A stretch of 64,000 nucleotides of DNA, taken from positions 1,922,001 to 1,986,000 of the forward strand of contig OZ287077.1 in NCBI GenBank assembly GCA_965645245.1, given 5' to 3'. The translations under genes and the position numbers were made by a program. Positions 63,587-64,000 of this stretch are shown piece after piece. The stretch is from Massalongia carnosa. Taxonomy: Eukaryota. The notes under the pieces were generated by a model that was not told where the DNA came from, made no database searches, and worked only from the letters and a program-made list of their open reading frames with translations. Position 1 is the first letter of the stretch. Each line of letters starts with the position of its first letter.

Positions 63587-63817
63587 TAGGTAGGTAGGTA
63601 GGTAGGTAGTTAGGTAGGTAGGTAGTTAGGTAGGTAGGTAGTTAGGTAGGTAGGTAGTTAGGTAGGTAGGTAGTTAGGTAGGTAGGTAGTTAGGTAGGTA
63701 GGTAGTTAGGTAGGTAGGTAGTTAGGTAGGTAGGTAGTTAGGTAGGTAGGTAGTTAGGTAGGTAGGTAGTTAGGTAGGTAGGTAGTTAGGTAGGTAGGTA
63801 GTTAGGTAGGTAGGTAG
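63587..63817. repeat. (TAGG)n-derived minisatellite with 13 copies of TTAGGTAGGTAGGTAG
   Basis: 16-bp period from 63610 to 63817, preceded by pure TAGG repeats. Confidence 0.95.
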
Positions 63818-63859
63818 ATGAATAGACGGGTAAATTAGTAAGGAGGAAGGGAGGAGGTA

Positions 63860-63932
63860 GGGATGGGGGAAAGGGATGGGGGAAAGGGATGGGGGAAAGG
63901 GATGGGGGAAAGGGATGGGGGAAAGGGATGGG
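63860..63932. repeat. 13-bp G-rich minisatellite GGGATGGGGGAAA, 5 copies plus a partial
   Basis: Directly visible. Confidence 0.92.
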
Positions 63933-64000
63933 CGGTGATAGGCAGGCTGGATTTTTTTCGGTGGGAGTCCGGGGAGGAGAGAGCGAGAGAGAGACGATGG

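Noticed and set aside
63587..63817. Telomere
   Set aside because: The unit is not TTAGGG, and non-repeat sequence continues after it.

Overview
Eukaryotic DNA from a filamentous ascomycete (Pezizomycotina), judged by short GT-AG introns with CTRAC/CTAAC-type branch points and fungal gene families. Conserved genes lie at both ends. Left: fumarase (5'-partial), SMC5, a TRI12-type MFS transporter, an SHB17-like histidine phosphatase, a small membrane protein, an RQT4/TRIP4-like zf-C2HC5 protein and a ferric reductase. Right: Rab escort protein (MRS6/REP), RRP43, signal peptide peptidase, a PPIL1-type cyclophilin and an F-box-like/TPR protein. There are two accessory tracts. The first (~13-17.6 kb) holds an HNH-nuclease pseudogene inside a degenerate repeat array that reads as a GNGER[HY]AHIY-like peptide. 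The second (~27.5-52.7 kb) is a transposon-rich island. It contains two dead pogo/Fot1 elements, two related non-autonomous elements with 8-bp TSDs, a Helitron-like 3' end and a broken CACTA/Plavaka-like transposase. It also carries an SNF2 remnant, an apparently intact FunK1 kinase and several pseudogenes with RIP-like damage. Microsatellite-rich, strand-skewed tracts separate the gene blocks. No tRNA, rRNA, CRISPR array or Starship captain gene was recognised. All calls come from reading motifs by eye; no database search was run.
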